A stretch of DNA of 64,000 bases from Eledone cirrhosa (taxonomy: Eukaryota), in assembly GCA_964016885.1 (NCBI GenBank), contig OZ024759.1:372001-436000 (forward strand), written 5' to 3'. A model generated the notes under the pieces. It was not told the DNA's origin and did no database searches. It saw nothing but the letters and a program-made list of their open reading frames with translations. The translations under genes were made by a program, and so were the position numbers. Shown here in pieces: positions 14,391 through 30,990 of this stretch (its first letter is position 1; each line of letters opens with the position of its first letter).

Positions 14391-17300
14391 TATTAGTAAC
14401 ATGACAAAGTCTATATTAGTAACATGACAAAGTCTATATTAGTAACATGACAGTATATATTAGTAACATGACAGTCCATATTAGTAGCATGACAAAGTCT
14501 ATATTAGTAACATGACAAAGTCTATATTAGTAACATGACACAGTCTATATTAGTAACATGACACAGTCTATATTAGTAACATGACAGTCTATATTAGTAA
14601 CATGACACAGTCTATATTAGTAACATGACAAAGTCTATATTAGTAACATGACAAAGTCTATATTAGTAATATGACAGTCTATATTAGTAACATGACAAAG
14701 TCTATATTAGTAACATGACACAGTCTATATTAGTAATATGACAAGGTCTATATTAGTAACATGACACAGTCTATATTAGTAACATGACAAAGTCTATATT
14801 AGTAACATGACAGTCTATATTAGTAACATGACAAAGTCTATATTAGTAACATGACAAAGTCTATATTAGTAGCATGACAAAGTCTATATTAGTAACATGA
14901 CAAAGTCTATATTAGTAACATGACAAAGTCTATATTAGTAACATGACAAGGTCTATATTAGTAACATGACAAAGTCTATATTAGTAACATGACACTGTCT
15001 ATATTAGTAACTTGACAAAGTCTATATTAGTAACATGACACAGTCTATATTAGTAACATGACAAAGTCTATATTAGTAACATGACACTGTCTATATTAGT
15101 AACTTGACAAAGTCTATATTAGTAACATGACAAAGTCTATATTAGTAACATGACACTGTCTATATTACTAACATGACACAGTCTATATTAGTAACATGAC
15201 ACAGTCTATATTAGTAACATGACAAAGTCTATATTAGTAACATGACAGTCTATATTATTAACATGACAAAGTCTATATTAGTAACATGACAAAGTCTATA
15301 TTAGTAACATGACAGTCTATATTAGTAACATGACACAGTCTATATTAGTAACATGACACAGTCTATATTAGTAACATGACAAAGTCTATATTAGTAACAT
15401 GACACAGTCTATATTATTAACATGACAAAGTCTATATTAGTAACATGACACAGTCTATATTAGTAACATGACAAAGTCTATATTAGTAACATGACACAGT
15501 CTATATTAGTAACATGACAATGTCTATATTAGTAGCATGACAAAGTCTATATTAGTAACATGACAAAGTCTATATTAGTAACATGACACAGTCTATATTA
15601 GTAACATGACAAAGTCTATATTAGTAACATGACAGTCTATATTAGTAACATGACAGTCTATATTATTAGCATGACAAAGTCTATATTAGTAACATGACAC
15701 AGTTTATATTAGTAACATGACACAGTCTATATTAGTAACATGACAAAGTCTATATTAGTAGCATGACAAAGTCTATATTAGTAACATGACACAGTCTATA
15801 TTAGTAACATGACAAAGTCTATATTAGTAGCATGACAAAGTCTATATTAGTAACATGACAAAGTCTATATTAGTAACATGACAAAGTCTATATTAGTAAC
15901 ATGACAGTATATATTAGTAACATGACAGTCCATATTAGTAGCATGACAAAGTCTATATTAGTAACATGACAAAGTCTATATTAGTAACATGACACAGGCT
16001 ATATTAGTAACATGACACAGTCTATATTAATAACATGACACAGTCTATATTAGTAACATGACACAGTCTATATTAGTAACATGACAAAGTCTATATTAGT
16101 AACATGACAAAGTCTATATTAGTAACATGACAGTCTATATTAGTAACATGACAAAGTCTATATTAGTAACATGACACAGTCTATATTAGTAACATGACAA
16201 AGTCTCTATTAGTAACATGACAAAGTCTATATTAGTAACATGACAGTCTATATTAGTAACATGACAAAGTCTCTATTAGTAACATGACAAAGTCTATATT
16301 ATTAACATGACAGTCTATATTAGTAACATGACAAAGTCTATATTAGTAACATGACAGTCTATATTGTAACATGACACAGTCTATATTAGTAACATGACAC
16401 AGTCTATATTAGTAACATGACAGTCTATATTAGTAACATGACAAAGTCTATATTAGTAACATGACAAAGTCTATATTAGTAACATGACAAAGTCTATATT
16501 AGTAACATGACAAAGTCTATATTAGTAGCATGACACAGTCTATATTAGTAACATGACAAAGTCTATGTTAGTAACATGACAAAGTCTATATTAGTAGCAT
16601 GACAAAGTCTATATTAGTAACATGACACAGTCTATATTAGTAACATGACAAAGTCTATATTAGTAGCATGACAAAGTCTATATTAGTAACATGACAAAGT
16701 CTATATTAGTAACATGACAAAGTCTATATTAGTAACATGACAGTATATATTAGTAACATGACAGTCCATATTAGTAGCATGACAAAGTCTATATTAGTAA
16801 CATGACAAAGTCTATATTAGTAACATGACACAGTCTATATTAGTAACATGACACAGTCTATATTAGTAACATGACAGTCTATATTAGTAACATGACACAG
16901 TCTATATTAGTAACATGACAAAGTCTATATTAGTAACATGACAAAGTCTATATTAGTAATATGACAGTCTATATTAGTAACATGACAAAGTCTATATTAG
17001 TAACATGACACAGTCTATATTAGTAATATGACAAGGTCTATATTAGTAACATGACACAGTCTATATTAGTAACATGACAAAGTCTATATTAGTAACATGA
17101 CAGTCTATATTAGTAACATGACAAAGTCTATATTAGTAACATGACAAAGTCTATATTAGTAGCATGACAAAGTCTATATTAGTAACATGACAAAGTCTAT
17201 ATTAGTAACATGACAAAGTCTATATTAGTAACATGACAAGGTCTATATTAGTAACATGACAAAGTCTATATTAGTAACATGACAGTCCATATTAGTAACA

Positions 17301-18800
17301 TGACAAAGTCTATATTAGTAACATGACAAAGTCTATATTAGTAACATGACAAAGTCTATATTAGTAGCATGACAAAGTCTATATTAGTAACATGACAAAG
17401 TCTATATTAGTAACATGACACAGTCTATATTAGTAACATGTCAAAGTCTATATTAGTAACATGACAAAGTCTATATTAGTAACATGACAAAGTCTATATT
17501 AGTAACATGACACTGTCTATATTAGTAACTTGACAAAGTCTATATTAGTAACATGACACAGTCTATATTAGTAACATGACAAAGTCTATATTAGTAACAT
17601 GACACTGTCTATATTAGTAACTTGACAAAGTCTATATTAGTAACATGACAAAGTCTATATTAGTAACATGACACTGTCTATATTACTAACATGACACAGT
17701 CTATATTAGTAACATGACACAGTCTATATTAGTAACATGACAAAGTCTATATTAGTAACATGACAGTCTATATTATTAACATGACAAAGTCTATATTAGT
17801 AACATGACAAAGTCTATATTAGTAACATGACAGTCTATATTAGTAACATGACACAGTCTATATTAGTAACATGACACAGTCTATATTAGTAACATGACAA
17901 AGTCTATATTAGTAACATGACACAGTCTATATTATTAACATGACAAAGTCTATATTAGTAACATGACACAGTCTATATTAGTAAGATGACAAAGTCTATA
18001 TTAGTAACATGACACAGTCTATATTAGTAACATGACAAAGTCTATATTAGTAGCATGACAAAGTCTATATTAGTAACATGACAAAGTCTATATTAGTAAC
18101 ATGACACAGTCTATATTAGTAACATGACAAAGTCTATATTAGTAACATGACAGTCTATATTAGTAACATGACAGTCTATATTATTAGCATGACAAAGTCT
18201 ATATTAGTAACATGACAGTATATATTAGTAACATGACAGTCCATATTAGTAGCATGACAAAGTCTATATTAGTAACATGACAAAGTCTATATTAGTAACA
18301 TGACACAGGCTATATTAGTAACATGACACAGTCTATATTAATAACATGACACAGTCTATATTAGTAACATGACACAGTCTATATTAGTAACATGACAAAG
18401 TCTATATTAGTAACATGACAAAGTCTATATTAGTAACATGACAGTCTATATTAGTAACATGACAAAGTCTATATTAGTAACATGACACAGTCTATATTAG
18501 TAACATGACAAAGTCTCTATTAGTAACATGACAAAGTCTATATTAGTAACATGACAGTCTATATTAGTAACATGACAAAGTCTATATTAGTAACATGACA
18601 GTCTATATTAGTAACATGACAAAGTCTCTATTAGTAACATGACAAAGTCTATATTATTAACATGACAGTCTATATTAGTAACATGACACAGTCTATATTA
18701 GTAACATGACACAGTCTATATTAGTAACATGACATAGTCTATATTAGTAACATGACAAAGTCTATATTAGTAACAAGACAGTCTATATTGTAACATGACA
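14080..18800. repeat. Imperfect higher-order tandem duplication, offset starting at 2,290 bp
   Basis: The rare TAGTAATATGACAAGG occurs at 14731 and 17021, and a TTAATAAC variant near 16027 and 18338. The offset shifts through internal multi-monomer indels. Confidence 0.7.
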
Positions 18801-21800
18801 CAGTCTATATTAGTAACATGACACAGTCTATATTAGTAACATGACAGTCTATATTAGTAACATGACAAAGTCTATATTAGTAACATGACAAAGTCTATAT
18901 TAGTAACATGACAAAGTCTATATTAGTAACATGACAAAGTCTATATTAGTAGCATGACACAGTCTATATTAGTAACATGACAAAGTCTATATTAGTAACA
19001 TGACACAGTCTATATTAGTAACATGACAAAGTCTATATTAGTAACATGACACAGTCTATATTAGTAACATGACATAGTCTATATTAGTAACATGACAAAG
19101 TCTATATTAGTAGCATGACACAGTCTATATTAGTAACATGACACAGTCTATATTAGTAACATGACAGTCTATATTAGTAACATGACAAAGTCTATATTAG
19201 TAGCATGACAAAGTCTATATTAGTAACATGACACAGTCTATATTAGTAACATGACAGTCTATATTAGTAACATGACACAGTCTATATTAGTAACATGACA
19301 AAGTCTATATTAGTAGCATGACAAAGTCTATATTAGTAACATGACAGTCTATATTAGTAACATGACAAAGTCTATATTAGTAGCATGACAAAGTCTATAT
19401 TAGTAGCATGACACAGTCTATATTAGTAACATGACACAGTCTATATTAGTAACATGACACAGTCTATATTAGTAACATGACAAAGTCTATATTAGTAGCA
19501 TGACAAAGTCTATATTAGTAACATGACAAAGTCTATATTAGTAACATGGCACAATCTATATTAGTAGCATGACAAAGTCTATATTAGTAACATGACAAAG
19601 TCTATATTAGTAACATGACACAGTCTATATTAGTAACATGACAAAGACTATATTAGTAACATGACACAGTCTATATTAGTAACATGACAAAGTCTATATT
19701 AGTAACATGACAATCTATATTAGTAACATGACAGTCTATATTAGTAGCATGACAAAGTCTATATTAGTAACATGACAAAGTCTATATTAGTAACATGACA
19801 CAGTCTATATTAGTAACATGACACAGTCTATATTAGTAACATGACAGTCTATATTAGTAGCATGACAAAGTCTATATTAGTACCATGACACAGTCTATAT
19901 TAGTAACATGACATAGTGTATATTAGTAACATGACATAGTCTATATTAGTAGCATGACAAAGTCTATATTAGTAACATGACAAAGTCTATATTAGTAACA
20001 TGACACAGTCTATATTAGTAACATGACAAAGTCTATATTAGTAACATGACACAGTCTATATTAGTAGCATGACAAAGTATATATTAGTAACATGACATAG
20101 TCTATATTAGTAACATGACACAGTCTATATTAGTAACATGAGACAGTCTATATTAGTAACATGACAAAGTCTATATTAGTAACATGACAAAGTCTATATT
20201 AGTAACATGACAGTCTATATTAGTAACATGACAAAGTCTATATTAGTAACATGACACAGTCTATATTAGTAACATGAACAAGTCTCTATTAGTAACATGA
20301 CAAAGTCTATATTAGTAACATGACAGTCTATATTAGTAACATGACAAAGTCTCTATTAGTAACATGACAAAGTCTATATTAGTAACATGACAGTCTATAT
20401 AAGTAACATGACAAAGTCTATATTAGTAACATGACAGTCTATATTGTAACATGACACAGTCTATATTAGTAACATGACATAGTCTATATTAGTAACATGA
20501 CAAAGTCTATATTAGTAACATGACAGTCTATATTGTAACATGACACAGTCTATATTAGTAACATGACACAGTCTATATTAGTAACATGACAGTCTATATT
20601 AGTAACATGACAAAGTCTATATTAGTAACATGACAAAGTCTATATTAGTAACATGACAAAGTCTATATTAGTAACATGACAAAGTCTATATTAGTAGCAT
20701 GACACAGTCTATATTAGTAACATGACAAAGTCTATGTTAGTAACATGACACAGTATATATTAGTAACATGACACAGTCTATATTAGTAACATGACATAGT
20801 CTATATTAGTAACATGACAAAGTCTATATTAGTAGCATGACACAGTCTATATTAGTAACATGACAAAGTCTATATTAGTAGCATGACAAAGTCTATATTA
20901 GTAACATGACACAGTCTATATTAGTAACATGACAATCTATATTAGTAACATGACACAGTCTATATTAGTAACATGACAAAGTCTATATTAGTAGCATGAC
21001 AAAGTCTATATTAGTAACATGACAGTCTATATTAGTAACATGACACAGTCTATATTATTAGCATGACAAAGTCTATATTAGTAGCATGACACAGTCTATA
21101 TTAGTAACATGACACAATCTATATTAGTAACATGACACAGTCTATATTAGTAACATGACAAAGTCTATATTAGTAACATGACAGTCTATATTAGTAACAT
21201 GACAAAGTCTATATTAGTAGCATGACAAAGTCTATATTAGTAACATGACAAAGTCTATATTAGTAACATGACACAGTCTATATTAGTAGCATGACACAGT
21301 CTATGTCAGTAACATGGCACAGTCTATATTAGTAACATGACACAGTCTATATTAGTAACATGGCACAGTCTATATTAGTAACATGACAATGTCTATATTA
21401 GTAACATGACAAAGTCTATATTAGTAACATGACAAAGTCTATATTAGTAACATGACACAGTCTATATTAGTAACATGACAATGTCTATATTAGTAACATG
21501 ACACAGTCTATATTAGTAACATGACACAGTCTATATTAGTAACATGACAAAGTCTATATTAGTAGCATGACAAAGGCTATATTAGTAACATGACAAAGTC
21601 TATATTAGTAACATGACACAGTCTATAATAGTAACATGACAAAGACTATATTAGTAACATGACACAGTCTATATTAGTAACATGACAAAGTCTATATTAG
21701 TAACATGACAATCTATATTAGTAACATGACAGTCTATATTAGTAGCATGACAAAGTCTATATTAGTAACATGACAAAGTCTATATTAGTAACATGACACA

Positions 21801-24329
21801 GTCTATATTAGTAACATGACACAGTCTATATTAGTAACATGACACAGTCTATATTAGTAGCATGACAGTCTATATTAGTAGCATGACAAAGTCTATATTA
21901 GTACCATGACACAGTCTATATTAGTAACATGACATAGTCTATATTAGTAACATGACATAGTCTATATTAGTAGCATGACAAAGTCTATATTAGTAACATG
22001 ACAAAGTCTATATTAGTAACATGACACAGTCTATATTAGTAACATAACAAAGTCTATATTAGTAACATGACACAGTCTATATTAGTAGCATGACAAAGTC
22101 TATATTAGTAACATGACACAGTCTATATTAGTAACATGACACAGTCTATATTAGTAACATGACAAAGTCTATATTAGAAACATGACACAGTCTATATTAG
22201 TAACATGACAAAGTCTATATTAGTAACATGACACAGTCTATATTAGTAACATGACAAAGTCTATATTAGTAACATGACACAGTCTATATTAGTAACATGA
22301 CACAGTCTATATTAGTAACATGACACAGTCTATATTAGTAACATGACAAAGTCTATATTAGTAACATGACAAAGTCTATATTAGTAACATGACAGTCTAT
22401 ATTAGTAACATGACAAAATCTATATTAGTAACATGACACAGTCTATATTAGTAACATGACAAAGTCTATATTAGTAACATGACAAAGTCTATATTAGTAA
22501 CATGACAGTCTATATAAGTAACATGACAAAGTCTATATTAGTAACATGACAAAGTCTATATTGTAACATGACACAGTCTATATTAGTAACATGACATAGT
22601 CTATATTAGTAACATGACAAAGTCTATATTAGTAACATGACAGTCTATATTGTAACATGACACAGTCTATATTAGTAACATGACAGTCTATATTAGTAAC
22701 ATGACAAAGTCTATATTAGTAACATGACAAAGTCTATATTAGTAACATGACAAAGTCTATATTAGTAACATGACAAAGTCTATATTAGTAGCATGACACA
22801 GTCTATATTAGTAACATGACAAAGTCTATGTTAGTAACATGACACAGTCTATATTAGTAACATGACACAGTCTATATTAGTAACATGACATAGTCTATAT
22901 TAGTAACATGACAAATTCTATATTAGTAGCATGACACAGTCTATATTAGTAACATGACACAGTCTATATTAGTAACATGACAGTCTATATTAGTAACATG
23001 ACAAAGTCTATATTAGTAGCATGACAAAGTCTATATTAGTAACATGACACAGTCTATATTAGTAACATGACAATCTATATTAGTAACATGACACAGTCTA
23101 TATTAGTAACATGACAAAGTCTATATTAGTAGCATGACAAAGTCTATATTAGTAACATGACAGTCTATATTAGTAACATGACACAGTCTATATTATTAGC
23201 ATGACAAAGTCTATATTAGTAGCATGACACAGTCTATATTAGTAATATGACACAATCTATATTAGTAACATGACACAGTCTATATTAGTAACATGATAAA
23301 GTCTATATTAGTAACATGACAAAGTCTATATTAGTAACATGACACAGTCTATATTAGTAGCATGACAAGGTCTATATTAGTAACATGACAGTCTATATTA
23401 GTAATATGACAAATTCTATATTAGTAGCATGACAAAGTCTATATTAGTAACATGACAAAGTCTATATTAGTAACATGACACAGTCTATATTAGTAGCATG
23501 ACAAAGTCTATATTAGTAACATGACAAAGTCTATATTAGTAACATGACAAAGTCTATATTAGTAACATGACAGTATATATTAGTAACATGACAGTCCATA
23601 TTAGTAGCATGACAAAGTCTATATTAGTAACATGACAAAGTCTATATTAGTAACATGACACAGTCTATATTAGTAACATGACACAGTCTATATTAGTAAC
23701 ATGACAGTCTATATTAGTAACATGACAAAGTCTATATTAGTAACATGACAAAGTCTATATTAGTAACATGACAAAGTCTATATTAGTAATATGACAGTCT
23801 ATATTAGTAACATGACAAAGTCTATATTAGTAACATGACACAGTCTATATTAGTAACATGACAAGGTCTATATTAGTAACATGACACAGTCTATATTAGT
23901 AACATGACAAAGTCTATATTAGTAACATGACAGTCTATATTAGTAACATGACAAAGTCTATATTAGTAACATGACAAAGTCTATATTAGTAGCATGACAA
24001 AGTCTATATTAGTAACATGACAAAGTCTATATTAGTAACATGACAAAGTCTATATTAGTAACATGACAAGGTCTATATTAGTAACATGACAAAGTCTATA
24101 TTAGTAACATGACAGTCCATATTAGTAACATGACAACGTCTATATTAGTAACATGACAAAGTCTATATTAGTAACATGACAAAGTCTATATTAGTAGCAT
24201 GACAAAGTCTATATTAGTAACATGACAAAGTCTATATTAGTAACATGACACAGTCTATATTAGTAACATGTCAAAGTCTATATTAGTAACATGACAAAGT
24301 CTATATTAGTAACATGACAAAGTCTATAT

Positions 24330-27250
24330 TAGTAACATGACACTGTCTATATTAGTAACTTGACAAAGTCTATATTAGTAACATGACACAGTCTATATTA
24401 GTAACATGACAAAGTCTATATTAGTAACATGACACTGTCTATATTAGTAACTTGACAAAGTCTATATTAGTAACATGACAAAGTCTATATTAGTAACATG
24501 ACACTGTCTATATTACTAACATGACACAGTCTATATTAGTAACATGACACAGTCTATATTAGTAACATGACAATGTCTATATTAGTAACATGACAGTCTA
24601 TATTAGTAACATGACAAAGTCTATATTAGTAACATGACAAAGTCTATATTAGTAACATGACAGTCTATATTAGTAACATGACACAGTCTATATTAGTAAC
24701 ATGACACAGTCTATATTAGTAACATGACAAAGTCTATATTAGTAACATGACACAGTCTATATTATTAACATGACAAAGTCTATATTAGTAACATGACACA
24801 GTCTATATTAGTAACATGACAAAGTCTTTATTAGTAACATGACACAGTCTATATTAGTAACATGACAAAGTCTATATTAGTAGCATGACAAAGTCTATAT
24901 TAGTAACATGACAAAGTCTATATTAGTAACATGACACAGTCTATATTAGTAACATGACAAAGTCTATATTAGTAACATGACAGTCTATATTAGTAACATG
25001 ACAGTCTATATTATTAACATGACAAAGTCTATATTAGTAACATGACACAGTCTATATTAGTAACATGACACAGTCTATATTAGTAACATGACAAAGTCTA
25101 TATTAGTAGCATGACAAAGTCTATATTAGTAACATGACACAGTCTATATTAGTAACATGACAAAGTCTATATTAGTAGCATGACAAAGTCTATATTAGTA
25201 ACATGACAAAGTCTATATTAGTAACATGACAAAGTCTATATTAGTAAGATGACAGTATATATTAGTAACATGACAGTCCATATTAGTAGCATGACAAAGT
25301 CTATATTAGTAACATGACAAAGTCTATATTAGTAACATGACACAGGCTATATTAGTAACATGACACAGTCTATATTAGTAACATGACACAGTCTATATTA
25401 GTAACATGACACAGTCTATATTAGTAACATGACAAAGTCTATATTAGTAACATGACAAAGTCTATATTAGTAACATGACAGTCTATATTAGTAACATGAC
25501 AAAGTCTATATTAGTAACATGACACAGTCTATATTAGTAACATGACAAAGTCTCTATTAGTAACATGACAAAGTCTATATTAGTAACATGACAGTCTATA
25601 TTAGTAACATGACAAAGTCTCTATTAGTAACATGACAAAGTCTATATTATTAACATGACAGTCTATATTAGTAACATGACAAAGTCTATATTAGTAACAT
25701 GACACAGTCTATATTGTAACATGACACAGTCTATATTAGTAACATGACACAGTCTATATTAGTAACATGACATAGTCTATATTAGTAACATGACAAAGTC
25801 TATATTAGTAACAAGACAGTCTATATTGTAACATGACACAGTCTATATTAGTAGCATGACACAGTCTATATTAGTAACATGACAAAGTCTATATTAGTAA
25901 CATGACACAGTCTATATTAGTAACATGACACTGTCTATATTAGTAACTTGACAAAGTCTATATTAGTAACATGACACAGTCTATATTAGTAACATGACAA
26001 AGTCTATATTAGTAACATGACACTGTCTATATTAGTAACTTGACAAAGTCTATATTAGTAACATGACAAAGTCTATATTAGTAACATGACACTGTCTATA
26101 TTACTAACATGACACAGTCTATATTAGTAACATGACACAGTCTATATTAGTAACATGACAATGTCTATATTAGTAACATGACAGTCTATATTAGTAACAT
26201 GACAAAGTCTATATTAGTAACATGACAAAGTCTATATTAGTAACATGACAGTCTATATTAGTAACATGACACAGTCTATATTAGTAACATGACACAGTCT
26301 ATATTAGTAACATGACAAAGTCTATATTAGTAACATGACACAGTCTATATTATTAACATGACAAAGTCTATATTAGTAACATGACACAGTCTATATTAGT
26401 AACATGACAAAGTCTTTATTAGTAACATGACACAGTCTATATTAGTAACATGACAAAGTCTATATTAGTAGCATGACAAAGTCTATATTAGTAACATGAC
26501 AAAGTCTATATTAGTAACATGACACAGTCTATATTAGTAACATGACAAAGTCTATATTAGTAACATGACAGTCTATATTAGTAACATGACAGTCTATATT
26601 ATTAGCATGACAAAGTCTATATTAGTAACATGACACAGTCTATATTAGTAACATGACACAGTCTATATTAGTAACATGACAAAGTCTATATTAGTAGCAT
26701 GACAAAGTCTATATTAGTAACATGACACAGTCTATATTAGTAACATGACAAAGTCTATATTAGTAGCATGACAAAGTCTATATTAGTAACATGACAAAGT
26801 CTATATTAGTAACATGACAAAGTCTATATTAGTAACATGACAGTATATATTAGTAACATGACAGTCCATATTAGTAGCATGACAAAGTCTATATTAGTAA
26901 CATGACAAAGTCTATATTAGTAACATGACACAGGCTATATTAGTAACATGACACAGTCTATATTAGTAACATGACACAGTCTATATTAGTAACATGACAC
27001 AGTCTATATTAGTAACATGACAAAGTCTATATTAGTAACATGACAAAGTCTATATTAGTAACATGACAGTCTATATTAGTAACATGACAAAGTCTATATT
27101 AGTAACATGACACAGTCTATATTAGTAACATGACAAAGTCTATATTAGTAACATGACAGTCTATATTAGTAACATGACAAAGTCTCTATTAGTAACATGA
27201 CAAAGTCTATATTATTAACATGACAGTCTATATTAGTAACATGACAAAGT
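24330..27250. repeat. Higher-order tandem duplication, period 1,588 bp (second copy partial)
   Basis: CACTGTC 24341/25929 and AAAGTCTTTA 24821/26409, with the same downstream marker order. Confidence 0.8.
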
Positions 27251-27709
27251 CTATATTAGTAACATGACAAAGTCTATATTAGTAACATGACACTGTCTAT
27301 ATTAGTAACTTGACAAAGTCTATATTAGTAACATGACACAGTCTATATTAGTAACATGACAAAGTCTATATTAGTAACATGACAAAGTCTATATTAGTAG
27401 CATGACAAAGTCTATATTAGTAACATGACAGTCTATATTAGTAACATGACACAGTCTATATTATTAGCATGACAAAGTCTATATTAGTAGCATGACACAG
27501 TCTATATTAGTAATATGACACAATCTATATTAGTAACATGACACAGTCTATATTAGTAACATGATAAAGTCTATATTAGTAACATGACAAAGTCTATATT
27601 AGTAACATGACACAGTCTATATTAGTAGCATGACAAGGTCTATATTAGTAACATGACAGTCTATATTAGTAATATGACAAATTCTATATTAGTAGCATGA
27701 CAAAGTCTA

Positions 27710-30700
27710 TATTAGTAACATGACAAAGTCTATATTAGTAACATGACACAGTCTATATTAGTAGCATGACAAAGTCTATATTAGTAACATGACAAAGTCT
27801 ATATTAGTAACATGACAAAGTCTATATTAGTAACATGACAGTATATATTAGTAACATGACAGTCCATATTAGTAGCATGACAAAGTCTATATTAGTAACA
27901 TGACAAAGTCTATATTAGTAACATGACACAGTCTATATTAGTAACATGACACAGTCTATATTAGTAACATGACAGTCTATATTAGTAACATGACAAAGTC
28001 TATATTAGTAACATGACAAAGTCTATATTAGTAACATGACAAAGTCTATATTAGTAATATGACAGTCTATATTAGTAACATGACAAAGTCTATATTAGTA
28101 ACATGACACAGTCTATATTAGTAACATGACAAGGTCTATATTAGTAACATGACACAGTCTATATTAGTAACATGACAAAGTCTATATTAGTAACATGACA
28201 GTCTATATTAGTAACATGACAAAGTCTATATTAGTAACATGACAAAGTCTATATTAGTAGCATGACAAAGTCTATATTAGTAACATGACAAAGTCTATAT
28301 TAGTAACATGACAAAGTCTATATTAGTAACATGACAAGGTCTATATTAGTAACATGACAAAGTCTATATTAGTAACATGACAGTCCATATTAGTAACATG
28401 ACAAAGTCTATATTAGTAACATGACAAAGTCTATATTAGTAACATGACAAAGTCTATATTAGTAGCATGACAAAGTCTATATTAGTAACATGACAAAGTC
28501 TATATTAGTAACATGACACAGTCTATATTAGTAACATGTCAAAGTCTATATTAGTAACATGACAAAGTCTATATTAGTAACATGACAAAGTCTATATTAG
28601 TAACATGACACTGTCTATATTAGTAACTTGACAAAGTCTATATTAGTAACATGACACAGTCTATATTAGTAACATGACAATGTCTATATTAGTAACATGA
28701 CAGTCTATATTAGTAACATGACAAAGTCTATATTAGTAACATGACAAAGTCTATATTAGTAACATGACAGTCTATATTAGTAACATGACACAGTCTATAT
28801 TAGTAACATGACACAGTCTATATTAGTAACATGACAATGTCTATATTAGTAACATGACAGTCTATATTAGTAACATGACAAAGTCTATATTAGTAACATG
28901 ACAAAGTCTATATTAGTAACATGACAGTCTATATTAGTAACATGACACAGTCTATATTAGTAACATGACACAGTCTATATTAGTAACATGACAAAGTCTA
29001 TATTAGTAACATGACACAGTCTATATTATTAACATGACAAAGTCTATATTAGTAACATGACACAGTCTATATTAGTAACATGACAAAGTCTTTATTAGTA
29101 ACATGACACAGTCTATATTAGTAACATGACAAAGTCTATATTAGTAGCATGACAAAGTCTATATTAGTAACATGACAAAGTCTATATTAGTAACATGACA
29201 CAGTCTATATTAGTAACATGACAAAGTCTATATTAGTAACATGACAGTCTATATTAGTAACATGACAGTCTATATTATTAACATGACAAAGTCTATATTA
29301 GTAAAATGACACAGTCTATATTAGTAACATGACACAGTCTATATTAGTAACATGACAAAGTCTATATTAGTAACATGACACAGTCTATATTAGTAGCATG
29401 ACAAAGTCTATATTAGTAACATGACAAAGTCTATATTAGTAACATGACAAAGTCTATATTAGTAACATGACAGTATATATTAGTAACATGACAGTCCATA
29501 TTAGTAGCATGACAAAGTCTATATTAGTAACATGACAAAGTCTATATTAGTAACATGACACAGTCTATATTAGTAACATGACACAGTCTATATTAGTAAC
29601 ATGACAGTCTATATTAGTAACATGACAAAGTCTATATTAGTAACATGACAAAGTCTATATTAGTAACATGACAAAGTCTATATTAGTAATATGACAGTCT
29701 ATATTAGTAACATGACAAAGTCTATATTAGTAACATGACACAGTCTATATTAGTAACATGACAAGGTCTATATTAGTAACATGACACAGTCTATATTAGT
29801 AACATGACAAAGTCTATATTAGTAACATGACAGTCTATATTAGTAACATGACAAAGTCTATATTAGTAACATGACAAAGTCTATATTAGTAGCATGACAA
29901 AGTCTATATTAGTAACATGACAAAGTCTATATTAGTAACATGACAAAGTCTATATTAGTAACATGACAAGGTCTATATTAGTAACATGACAAAGTCTATA
30001 TTAGTAACATGACAGTCCATATTAGTAACATGACAAAGTCTATATTAGTAACATGACAAAGTCTATATTAGTAACATGACAAAGTCTATATTAGTAGCAT
30101 GACAAAGTCTATATTAGTAACATGACAAAGTCTATATTAGTAACATGACACAGTCTATATTAGTAACATGTCAAAGTCTATATTAGTAACATGACAAAGT
30201 CTATATTAGTAACATGACAAAGTCTATATTAGTAACATGACACTGTCTATATTAGTAACTTGACAAAGTCTATATTAGTAACATGACACAGTCTATATTA
30301 GTAACATGACAATGTCTATATTAGTAACATGACAGTCTATATTAGTAACATGACAAAGTCTATATTAGTAACATGACAAAGTCTATATTAGTAACATGAC
30401 AGTCTATATTAGTAACATGACACAGTCTATATTAGTAACATGACACAGTCTATATTAGTAACATGACAATGTCTATATTAGTAACATGACAGTCTATATT
30501 AGTAACATGACAAAGTCTATATTAGTAACATGACAAAGTCTATATTAGTAACATGACAGTCTATATTAGTAACATGACACAGTCTATATTAGTAACATGA
30601 CACAGTCTATATTAGTAACATGACAAAGTCTATATTAGTAACATGACACAGTCTATATTATTAACATGACAAAGTCTATATTAGTAACATGACACAGTCT

Positions 30701-30990
30701 ATATTAGTAACATGACAAAGTCTTTATTAGTAACATGACACAGTCTATATTAGTAACATGACAAAGTCTATATTAGTAGCATGACAAAGTCTATATTAGT
30801 AACATGACAAAGTCTATATTAGTAACATGACACAGTCTATATTAGTAACATGACAAAGTCTATATTAGTAACATGACAGTCTATATTAGTAACATGACAG
30901 TCTATATTATTAACATGACAAAGTCTATATTAGTAACATGACACAGTCTATATTAGTAACATGACACAGTCTATATTAGTAACATGACAA
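27710..30990. repeat. Higher-order tandem duplication, 2 x 1,632 bp
   Basis: Constant 1,632 offset for CAGTATAT (G 27841/29473), ATGTCAAAG (T 28539/30171) and GTCTTTA (29091/30723). A private GTAAAATG variant near 29305 is in copy 1 only. Confidence 0.9.
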
